64,000 nt of DNA, taken from NCBI RefSeq assembly GCF_964204645.1, contig NC_134025.1, positions 24,966,299-25,030,298 of the forward strand, read 5' to 3'. A program made the translations under genes and the position numbers. The DNA comes from Tubulanus polymorphus. Taxonomy: Eukaryota > Animalia > Nemertea. Shown here piece by piece: positions 1-13,100 of this stretch. The notes under the pieces were generated by a model. It saw only the letters and a program-made list of their open reading frames with translations, was not told where the DNA came from and did not search any database. Numbering within the stretch: position 1 is the stretch's first letter; each line of letters starts with the position of its first letter.

Positions 1-99
1 TACCTCACCGGATTACAGGTCTATAAACGCTGAAAAATCGGTTTCATTTGCTGAAATTCAACAATTAATTTGCCGTTAAAAGAAAAAAATATATTTCAG

Positions 100-2512
<2,413 letters not shown>

Positions 2513-2825
2513 AAACCAGTTTTCTCATCATCAAGATTTTGCCCGATAAAAATGATTTTCTAAAATAGATTGTGATATTTCCGAATGCAATAAAAATGGA
2601 AGTGAAAGTCTTTTGTTCGCGTGTTGGTCAATGATTGACGTATACCAGTACGTACTCTTTGTAATATCTTATGTAAATTATGAAATTCTCGTAAATGCTC
2701 GAGGCTTATCGATTCGTTTAGGTTCGTAATGATATAGATTGTTTCTGATTGGACATTCTGAAACCAATTTCATTTAATAGTGGATTCAGCATTAATTTAG
2801 TTTCAGAAGGCTTCAATCGGTAGCA

Positions 2826-3875
2826 ATGAATGTCACTACTATATTTAAGTCTTGTGATGAACTGAGACCTCCCGTTAAATGGGATTATCAGTTAAGCGTT
2901 TACTTATACATATTCGTGTATGGACCTCTAACTGTTGTCGGTATTTTCTCCAACATCGTCAGTTTATTCGTATTCCGTAGACTTCAAAATCCGACCTATC
3001 ATACAATCCAGATTTTGGCTATATATGACACTTTATTCATAAGCAGTGCTTTTCTGATGTATCCATTCAGAATTATTTACTTGTATATTGTGCTTGGTGA
3101 TCTTATTCTAAGATTTGACGACTGGCATTTCGGTCGGGAAATTATCTTGCCTGTTCTACCGTTATTTTACACATTTCAAACTTTACGCAATTGGGCAGTC
3201 GTTGTTGTGAGCGTTGAAAGACTAATAGTTGTTGCTTTCCCTTTGAAGCACTTAGCTTTTTGGATGAAAAACACGAAAATGTATCTGACCTTATTCATGG
3301 CATTAATGTTTGTAGCGTTACATTGGACGTATTTCTTTCCTAGATATATTCCAATACTATGGAAATGGCAATGTTTAAAACGAGGCCAGTATGCATTTAC
3401 CGTTAATTTACCGCTGAATTCCGAGACGTACAACATATTTGTCTACGACGTACTTGCGGATGAAATGAATTATTTTCTATATCTGATTGGGACAATTCTA
3501 GCACCGTTTATAATTCTTATGATCAGTAACATCATACTTATCTTCGTTGTTTGGCGGGCGAAACGTCTACGAAAAGATCTCGGTGCTCGTGGAAGTGAAA
3601 CTAAACATGACCGAATCCTGCTTAAGATGGTGCTATCGATTGTAGTTGTTTACTTTATTTGTGAATTTCCAGCTTGTATTGATAGGCTTACGTGGTTGAT
3701 TGGAGTTCCTTTCATAAACGAAGACATCGCTATGATAATTCGCAAAATCGGTTACGTTTTGACGATAGGGGATTCATCTGTAAATTTCCTCTGCGCTACA
3801 AACGATTCGTTCAAATACGAAGCGCGACGCAATTTTGCAAAATTACTCAAATATTGTAAGCTATACAGATTCTGA
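2826..3875 (+). CDS. Intronless class A (rhodopsin-like) GPCR, FMRFamide-receptor-like, copy 1 (349 aa)
   Basis: Seven hydrophobic segments; TM1 GIFSN, TM2 LAIYD, TM3 SVERL..V.FP, TM5 PF.IL..SN, TM6 ICEFP, TM7 SSVNFL; N-terminal sequon NVT. Confidence 0.9.
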   Translation: MNVTTIFKSCDELRPPVKWDYQLSVYLYIFVYGPLTVVGIFSNIVSLFVFRRLQNPTYHTIQILAIYDTLFISSAFLMYPFRIIYLYIVLGDLILRFDDWHFGREIILPVLPLFYTFQTLRNWAVVVVSVERLIVVAFPLKHLAFWMKNTKMYLTLFMALMFVALHWTYFFPRYIPILWKWQCLKRGQYAFTVNLPLNSETYNIFVYDVLADEMNYFLYLIGTILAPFIILMISNIILIFVVWRAKRLRKDLGARGSETKHDRILLKMVLSIVVVYFICEFPACIDRLTWLIGVPFINEDIAMIIRKIGYVLTIGDSSVNFLCATNDSFKYEARRNFAKLLKYCKLYRF

Positions 3876-4488
3876 CGATATTCGGTAATTTCCATGCTGT
3901 AATGATGGAAGATAATAGCTGTGAATAACGTCTCCCATAGTTTGTGAACAAAAAGCGTGATAACTTACAGATTTCTGATTGGGCGCAAACATTTCGCCAG
4001 CTAACTTTTCTTCAGATTCTGGACAGGAAAGTACTGGTTACAGCGGTTTTACCGTAGTAGTGAAATAAGATTAAAAACTGACATGTATAAATACGAGTTT
4101 TCATCGCGAATTAACGTACGTATGTATGATTCCTATAATGCTGGATTGATTTCATCCGTCCCAATAATGGTTTTACTGCATTAAGCTTTTCCTGTACTGG
4201 CCGAAACAAATTTCAGCTGATTCTAATGCAATTAGGATTTTTTTGGAATGAGGTTGAAAAAATGTTGGACACATAGCTTTCTCAGTTGATCTTGAAAATG
4301 TAGACGCCTAATCGATCTGCCTGCTGCAGGCAGCTGACTTTCACTTGAATGCGCATCTTTTTGCCTTTTCATTTCTCATCTTTAACCAGTTTCTGGCAAA
4401 TATTGCTCACCTAACTGTCTAACCGGTAATGAAATGGGCGAAGAAGAAAATGTAGCATCAAACGCAAAAACCCGACCTTTTTAAAGAT

Positions 4489-5565
4489 TCAGTGGCCAGA
4501 TACAAGTTCGTTTTCAGAATTCGATTTCGTCATTAATATGTTGCGGTACAATTTCAAAAACATCTGACGCGCTACGAGTTTGAATGAATCGTTCGTAGCG
4601 CAATAAATGAGAAAGTTTACAGACGAATCTCCCATCGTTAAAACGTAGCCGATTTTGCGGATGGCCATCGCAATTCTCTCGTTCATGAAAGGCACTATCG
4701 CCCGAAACCGGTCAATACTAGCTGGAAATTCTAAAAAGATATAAACCGCTACGATCGACAGAACCATCTTGAGCAAAATTTGTTCCTGTTTATTTTGACT
4801 ATCAGTGGAGATGAGCTTCGCTCGCAGACGTTTCGCTCGCCAAACAAAGAAGACAAGTAAGATGTTACTGATCATAAGAATCATAAATGGTGCTAGAATT
4901 GTCCCAATCAGATATAGGAAATAACTTATTCGATGCACAAGTGTATAGTCATAGACAAATACTATGTATCGCTTCGGATTCAACCAAATGGTAAATGCAT
5001 ACTGGCCTCGTTTTAAACACGGCCAATTCCACTGTATTGGAATATTCTTAGGGAAAAAATAAGACCAATGTAGAACAACGAATGTTAACGCTAGGAATAA
5101 ACTTAAACAGATTTTCGTTTTTCTCCTCCAGAAAACCATATGTTTCAACGGGAAAGAAACGACTATCAATCGCTCGATGCTCACAACAACGACGGTCCAA
5201 TTGCGTAAAGTCTGAAAAGAATAAAATAACGGTAGAACAGGCAAGATGATTTCCCAGCCAAAATGCCAGTCGTCAAATCTTAAGATAAGATCACCGAGCA
5301 CAATATACAAGTAAATAATTCTGAATGGATACATCAGAAAAGCGCAGCTTATGAATAATGTATCATATACAGCCAAAATTTGTATCGTGAAGTAGATCGA
5401 ATTTTGAAGTCGATGGAATACGAATAAACTGATGATGTTGAGGAATATACCGACAACAGTTAGAGGTCCATACACGAATATGTACAAGTAAACGCTCAAC
5501 TGATAGTCCCATTTAACAGGAGGTCTCAGTTCATCACAAGACTTAAGTGTAGTAGTGACATTCAT
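4489..5565 (-). CDS. Intronless class A GPCR, FMRFamide-receptor-like, copy 2 (358 aa from the paralogous ATG)
   Basis: Paralogue of copies 1 and 3; start placed at 5565 (MNVTTTLKSCDEL, same GCAATGAAT context as the other copies) rather than the ORF-track start at 5700; SIERL, SSVNFLIYC motifs. Confidence 0.9.
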   Translation of the reverse strand: MNVTTTLKSCDELRPPVKWDYQLSVYLYIFVYGPLTVVGIFLNIISLFVFHRLQNSIYFTIQILAVYDTLFISCAFLMYPFRIIYLYIVLGDLILRFDDWHFGWEIILPVLPLFYSFQTLRNWTVVVVSIERLIVVSFPLKHMVFWRRKTKICLSLFLALTFVVLHWSYFFPKNIPIQWNWPCLKRGQYAFTIWLNPKRYIVFVYDYTLVHRISYFLYLIGTILAPFMILMISNILLVFFVWRAKRLRAKLISTDSQNKQEQILLKMVLSIVAVYIFLEFPASIDRFRAIVPFMNERIAMAIRKIGYVLTMGDSSVNFLIYCATNDSFKLVARQMFLKLYRNILMTKSNSENELVSGH

Positions 5566-6210
5566 TGCCAACGATGCATACAGCTTCTTTAAATGATGCA
5601 ATTCAAGAGATTTGAAAGCCCAATTACTTTTACAATAGTAATAACTTTCGAACCCGTGAAGATCGATAGAATTCAACATCCTTCGCATAATTTGCAGCAT
5701 TCATTTCTTTATCATATCATTTACAACATTGATTTACATACGAACACAGGTTTCAGTAACATTTTTATTGCATTGAAATTTCATATCACTATCTGAAAAT
5801 AAGTAGCATCATGAAAGAATTGCATCTACTGTCACTTCAGCTCACAATGATGGATCAACGAAAGGCGGACCATGTAGAATTATCGTACTGACTGTACAGC
5901 TAGAACAGCAGAGCCAACAGATTAGTGATATCATATGAGATACCCTTCCTAAGATAAATCATGATATTTGTCATCGTAATCTAAAAGTTAACTAATATAA
6001 AAATTCCGTGCGTGTCGATCAGTGTATGTATTCTGGATATAAGGAATCACAGATTTTTTCCGTAGTTATGGATTTTTTATATTGACTAATAAATATAAAT
6101 TGCTCGGAGGTCTTTTCTGATTGGTCAATCTGAAACTGATTTTTCTATCTTCCTAAATTGCAACAATGTGATAAAGGTTTAATACTGGTTTATATTCTAA
6201 ACGGACAGCA

Positions 6211-7260
6211 ATGAATATCACCACTACATTTAAGTCTTGTGATGAACTGAAACCTCCCATTAAATGGGATTATCAGTTGAGCGTTTACTTATACATATTC
6301 GTGTATGGACCTCTAACTGTTGCCGGTATTTTCCTCAATGTAATCAGTTTGCTCGTGTTTCAACGACTACAAAATCCGACCTACCATACTATTCAGATTT
6401 TGGCTATATATGACACTTTATTCATAAGCTGCGCTTTTCTGATGTATCCATTCAGAATTATTTACTTGTACATTGTGCTCGGCGATCTCATTCTAAGATT
6501 TGACGACTGGCATTTCGGCCAGGAAATAATCGTGCCTGTTCTGCCGTTATTTTATACTTTTCAGACTTTACGCAATTGGACCGTCGTTGTTGTGAGCATC
6601 GAGCGATTGATAGTCGTTTCTTTCCCGTTGAAACATATGGTTTTCTGGAGGAGAAAAACGAAAATCTGTCTAAGTTTATTCCTAGCGTTAACATTCGTTG
6701 TTCTACATTGGTCTTATTTTTTCCCTAAGAATATTCCAATACAGTGGAATTGGCCGTGTTTAAAACGAGGCCAGTATGCATTTACCGTTTGGTTAAATCC
6801 GAAGACATACAACATATTTGTCTACGACTATGTCCTTGCAGATAAGATTAATTACTTTCTATATCTGATTGGTACAATTCTAGCTCCGTTTATAATTTTA
6901 ATGATCAGTAATATCATACTTATCTGCGTTGTCTGGCGGGCGAAACATCAGCGAAAAACTCTCGTGGCCGCCAGCAGTCAAAATAAACAGGAACAAATGT
7001 TGCTTAAGATGGTTCTGTCGATCGTAGCTGTTTACTTCATTTTAGAATTTCCCGCTTGCATCGATAGGCTAACGTCGATTATCGGCGTAGCTTTCATTAA
7101 CGAGAGAATCGCTATGATCATCCGCAAAATCGGCTACGTTTTAACGATGGGAGATTCGTCTGTAAACTTTCTCATTTACTGCGCTACGAACGATTCGTTC
7201 AAATACGAAGCGCATCGAATTTTTGTAAAATTACGCAAACGTACGCGGAAACCGACGTAG
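6211..7260 (+). CDS. Intronless class A GPCR, FMRFamide-receptor-like, copy 3 (349 aa)
   Basis: Complete 7TM ORF; SIERL, LEFPA, SSVNFLIYC; high identity to copies 1 and 2. Confidence 0.9.
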   Translation: MNITTTFKSCDELKPPIKWDYQLSVYLYIFVYGPLTVAGIFLNVISLLVFQRLQNPTYHTIQILAIYDTLFISCAFLMYPFRIIYLYIVLGDLILRFDDWHFGQEIIVPVLPLFYTFQTLRNWTVVVVSIERLIVVSFPLKHMVFWRRKTKICLSLFLALTFVVLHWSYFFPKNIPIQWNWPCLKRGQYAFTVWLNPKTYNIFVYDYVLADKINYFLYLIGTILAPFIILMISNIILICVVWRAKHQRKTLVAASSQNKQEQMLLKMVLSIVAVYFILEFPACIDRLTSIIGVAFINERIAMIIRKIGYVLTMGDSSVNFLIYCATNDSFKYEAHRIFVKLRKRTRKPT

Positions 7261-7499
7261 ATTCGGTGTCTTGGAGTTCACATCGATAGTCGGCAATTTT
7301 CAAATAGTAATAGGAAGATAATAACCGGTAGATAATAGCCGGGTAATCACGATAGTTAACTCAAGTTTCGAATATTGAGACGTGTCGTACTGATAATCAT
7401 TCAACAACTTACAATATCGACCCGAAACGATCGAAGAATAAAAACTTGGAATTTCTTACTTTACTTTCATTTTTTACCACAACTATTTATGATAGGATA

Positions 7500-8310
7500 A
7501 TACTTTTCAAACATTACACAATATGACAGTCGTTGTTGTGAGCATTGATGATTGATAGTCGTTTCTTTCCGTTGAAACACTCTTTTCTGGAGGGGGAAAA
7601 CGAAAATCCGTTTTACTTAACGTTCATTCAATTGCCTTGGTCGTATTTCATACTCGATGTATTCCAATACTGTGGTAATGGCTATCTAAAATGAGGTCAA
7701 TATGATTTAACTATTTGGTTGAGTTTTTTCAATGCCTTGAATGAAACATTTTCTATATCCGATGGGGAAAATTTAAGCACCATTTATAATTCTCATTATT
7801 ATCAACATCTCATTCATTGTCGTTGTTCGGCGGACAAAACGACTCCGAAAAAAATCTCGATAGTCCTAATAAAGAGGAAAAAATGCTGCAAAAGATTATT
7901 CTGTCGATCATATCTGTTTATTGTTTTTTAGAATTTCCAGCTTGTATTGGCAGGTACACAGCGATCATGCATTTTATGGACGACGGAATCTCTATGGCCA
8001 TCCGAAAAATTGGCTACTTTAACTGGTTAAGGTGGTTCAATCGAATAAAGTGTTTACTTCATTATAGAATTCCCTAGTACTTGTATCGATATAGGCTTAC
8101 ATCGATAATTGGTGAACCTCTCGTTGACGAAAGATTCGCTATGATATTTTGCAAAATCGGTTATATTTCAATGATGGGAGATTCGTCTGTTAACTCTTTT
8201 TCATTTTCTGCGCTACAAACAATACATTTAAACGCAAAGCGCGATAGATTATTTTTTTGTTGTAAAATTACACATGTATATACATATACGCGGACATCGA
8301 CGTAGATTCC
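7500..8310 (+). pseudogene. 5'-truncated, frameshifted GPCR pseudogene (TM3-TM7) with a duplicated TM6-TM7 segment
   Basis: TACTTTTCAAACATTACACAATATGACAGTCGTTGTTGTGAGCATTG... aligns by eye with TM3 of the intact copies, with indels and stops; fragments LQKIILSIISVYCFLEFPACI..MAIRKIGY and RLTSIIG..FAMIFCKIGYISMMGDSSVN; ends CGACGTAGATTC like copy 3. Confidence 0.88.
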
Positions 8311-10171
8311 GGATTTTCGTGTTCGTATCAATATTCAAAAATTTCTTTACGGAGAGATTAACCTGGAAATCATGATAAAGTTGAATACTATCTCCAGAAA
8401 AAGATTATACACATTTACATTGGAACCACAATCTTGGGAATTTCTGTTTTGATTTATCAGCATTGGATCAATGGTGATCTAAATTTGAAGTATTTTTTTA
8501 AACGAAGTTTCCTACGTGCATTTTGGCTATCACTGAAATAACTTGTTTGTGATTGTCCTTTATTCACGTCTTTTTGCATCTCCAAAATGTCTGAAGACCT
8601 AGATGGTGGTTGGTCATTGTTATAAAAGCTCCCACGGCTGAAGAGTAGCCATGGAGTCATATCAAAGGTTAAAGTCGTGTTTCGAATGATATTAGCGAGG
8701 GAGATGCCGGTCGACTGATATTCAATGTCTTGAACGGTCCTTCCGGTTCCAAATGAAAGGTTGCTTTGGTCAGCGGCGGCGAAACTGAAATGAAAAGATA
8801 AACTGTACGAATAGATTAAAAACAGGAGGGGTCGAAGAATTTATTCGTATCAATTCAATAATTCATCTGTAAATAGATACATGTTAATCGAATTTACTCG
8901 CCAAATTTGATCTAGTTCCTCACGGGAATCATTTTTATGTGATATATTTTGTAAACGTTTGTTTGTGAAAACACTTAATTCGTCGTTAGACGATATAGAC
9001 GAGTTTAGATTTTAGGACAACTGCATAGCTGAAAGAAACTATTATATTGCACTAGCGACTAAGTACGTGAAATAACATAGAAAGTTTACCTTTTCTTATG
9101 CTGCTACCGTTGAAGTCGCAGGACGGACATGTAATGGGAGGTAACACATGCTGGAATCTCAATCAGAAGCAAGGGGTTCACATGCACATTGAACATTAAC
9201 TATCATTAAGAAAAATGAGTTGCCGTATCTGCAAACATACATTCTTAACAGCAATTGGCCACACGGAGTACAACTCAGCTACGAGCAAGTTCAGATAATT
9301 GCTCGTAGAACTCAGTAAGGAGCCAACAACTTAGATAAGCCATATCTAGCAGGAAGGGGTCTGGGTGAGCTCACGGGGCCCATTTGAACCTTTGAATCAT
9401 ACTAAACTATGAAATTGATAATTATTCGGCTCTATGATCGTTAGCCGAATCTAATACAATGTATCAAAAACCGTTATTTTTAGGTGATCTGCATAGATTT
9501 ATTCAATCGAGGTATAAATATCACAGAATCATCGTATACAAAACTGAACTACATTACGTAGCCTTTTTTAGAAATCAAAGACCGAAGATTATCGTTACGA
9601 TCATAGACATAGACAGATTGCAAGTGGCCCGTTTAGCAAATTGGTACATATTTTACACTACAAGTGGACATCGCGCTAACAGGATTATCCATCATCCAGC
9701 TATCTATGAATCAGTTCGAGGGGTATCTACCATTATGTGTAGCCTACATGTACAGCGAAACATTTAAAAACATCGTAGCAATATTAGCAATGTGCAACAT
9801 TGCGAAGTTATTAGATTAGCAAAATATCATGAAATGTTTTTAACTCTCAAAGTCGCTGGTTTACGAAACGAAATAACGAAATGAAATGAATATTCGGCGT
9901 GAATTGATTGGTGGGTAATTTGCATATGACGACATTTACAACAGATAAAAATGTTTCATTCTATGTACAAACTTATTTAAAAGAAATAATGAAAAGGAAA
10001 GCTATTAATACTATTATAGGTCGTTAATACTACGATTTTCTCTAAATCCAATGGGTTGAACTGAGGAACCAAAAATCAGATCGCCTTATACTCACGATCA
10101 ACAGAATAGTAACTAATTCTTTTGGATTTAGGGAATGGTTGGTTAATACAGGCTCTAAACACATATTTCGC

Positions 10172-13100
10172 CTATGTATCTCTGCAAGCTTGTTTATAGT
10201 ACACATTGAAGTAGCTAGGCTTCTCTTCTCTAAAGGCACTATGGTAATTGCTAGGCTTCAAATGATCACATTTATCTTTGACGCGTTCGTTAGTGGTGTA
10301 ATCCCAAGTGTCCCACGGTTGCTTACATGGCTTATAAGTGTGACCTGTGATGTCATTAATGCTGAACCTATGCTTGGTGTGGTGATAAGAATTCGTCGGT
10401 ATGTTCGGAATTGATATACTGTTTCGGAAAGTTGGCGTCGGTCGCGGCTGCAACAGCGGAGACATGTTATCCGAAGAGCTTCGTTTCCGTTCGTCTTCCT
10501 CGTTAAGTGGGTGCCGTAGTAGCTCTTGTACTTGGTACAGTTTTACAGTAATGTCTTTGCCCATAAGATTTGTCATCAGCGCCTTGGCGAATGGTTGCGA
10601 CTTTAGATATGCACAGAAGTCGTGTGGATTCCAGGTCAATAGCCTACAATCTTCAACAGCAGTAATTGTCACCTGAAATAAATATATATGTATATATATG
10701 TGCAAAGTTTACAGATTCAATGATAATGCAATGAAGCGATTGCGAATAAATGTTAACTTTTGATCTCTCACTGAGGGTCATTCTAGATTTTCGATAGCAA
10801 ACGGATCATATATTTTTTCTCTAACACCCTACAGTCAAACATTGTCTGTGGGTTTTGTTACTATGAGTTATTTGACTGATGAATAAATGAGACACGTAAA
10901 ATAAACGATGGATATCAACTAATCATGATTTATAATCATGATTTCATAATGATTTTCATCGGCGATGCAACTGGAATCGCATTGTGTATACCTGGTAATT
11001 TCCTTGTTCTTCTAGATCAGGTTGATAGGCTTCATATTCAGGTGAATCGACGTACTGATTTACTTCTATGTAATGCAGAAACAAACTCTCGCAATTCACC
11101 TTCATTCTGTAATATTCAATCAGCAGTTCATTTTCGATACGAGGCAATGAGAAGATCTTTCTTGAGAAAATTAAACTATGATCAACGAAGGATTTGATTT
11201 CTATCTTTAAAAAAACTGACTTGAATATTGTAGGAAAAATGAAAGGTGACAAAGTCTGTATATTTTCTATATGTGAATGCATAAAAATAAGAAAATCAGG
11301 GCTGCGTTTTCCAAAAGTAGAGACAATATTAATTGGTTGATCTATAAGAAAGGGGACATTCTTTGAAATTCTTAGCGAGTTTTTTTTCTTATAGAAAATT
11401 CACTTCATATATACGAGGAACTATGTACTACTTTCACCGCAGAAACTTCGTCCACCTTTTTTTAAGATTCATATCCCCAGGACGCCACAGAATTTGGATT
11501 TTGCGGAAAAAACCTTCTTTCGTTAATTTTTGGTTATGTCACAGAAAAGTTGGTGAAAAATTGCTAATGGAAATTAATTATCTGTGAGAAAAAAGAGAAA
11601 AAAACACTGCAAAAGAAAAATGTGTGTATCATGTCCCCAGGGCGCTTTTCGTAGAACTAAACCCACTGCACACGAGCGAAATTGCGATGCGCAAAGTTCG
11701 TACGCATTTTGTCCATCGCACGCATGGCGGAAAATACACCCAATAAAGGAGTCACAAATGTGGAAAAATCTCGGGCAGACTATGCGGGAACGCTGTTTGT
11801 TCGATCATTTTTTCGAATCCATTTCGCGTAAAACTCCGCCGAGATAAAAAGCTAAGCAACGGCACTCAATTTTGCTGGACGAGACGCTACTTTACTAACG
11901 GGACTCCTTATCATTTGATTGAGTTATGATTGGTATTTATGATTGGCACCGGCACGATTTTTCCTTCCTTAGGTAGGTGTTATTGGAAATATCAAGAGTG
12001 ACAGCGAACAGTGATCGAGGAGAAATTAAATTGAATACGCCTAATGCGTTTGTCGTAAAATACGTGATTGTGGACCATCGACCTCGCTATTTTTGTCAAA
12101 GCCAGCTCGTATATACGGATTACATCTAATATTGAATACCACTGAAGAACCAAATCTACACTGCTGGTCTTGTCAGATTATATGCCAGTAATAGGTTATT
12201 CAAGATAGTCGAAGGGAAAATTCCGAAGCCATTATCTATAAACAACGTAAGGTGTATACAATATATGCGTTTGGCTCGTAGAATTTATGCATCTCGCATT
12301 TTGAATAGGAACTGATTCTAGCAGAAAACTGAAAAACATTTGAGCTACTTCAGTGCAGTACAGCAATGCTAAAGGATTTTCACGTATACACCGCAAGTTT
12401 ATTTTTTGTCACAGAAGGTTAATGGACGTGCACGAGCAATTTTTGTTTTAGCAGATTCTCGAAAATTTTTATCACTCATTCACTTCAGATTGCAGTGTTC
12501 TTATGAAAATCAATTGAATTATTCATAAGACACACAAGTACTTCGAAGAGACCTTCAGTATGATAAGATGAGACCCCGCTTGTTTTTCAGTAGACGCTAG
12601 ATTTGTTCCCACTCGGAACTGACGCCCGAGGACGTGGATGGCATCACGATACCAATTATAAAATGTCACTTTTCACTTTCTGCTTTGAATGTTCAAGCTA
12701 TTTATAGATTATTTTCCTCGCGTATTATATTTGTTATTCAAAAATAGCTACTAACGCAGGGCAGGCCATATACACAAAATAAAACGCGTTGCAAAACGAT
12801 TTTCGAATATCTTCATCTAACATTAGTAATCAATCTCGATAGATATCTATTCAATGACAAAAACAACATACTCCTCGGGCGAAACGTATCAACATTACGA
12901 ATGGTAATTTAGTGGGATGAATTATTTTCTAACTCCGATCAAAATTGTTACTGCTGAGAAATAACAACAACGTGAAAACGTGATGAAATAGAATATCTAT
13001 AAAAAAAACCATCGAAAACAAAGTAAGCTCATGAATAAAATTGTTGATTCATTTCACTGGTTTTAAAAACCGCAATGAACGTAAACTTTCGACAAAAAGT

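Noticed and set aside
5566-5700. 45-aa N-terminal extension of GPCR copy 2 in the ORF track
   Set aside because: No counterpart in the paralogues; the ATG at 5565 matches their start context.
9279-9308. 10-bp perfect hairpin CTACGAGCAA...TTGCTCGTAG
   Set aside because: Too short for a pre-miRNA and no recognisable RNA family; isolated.
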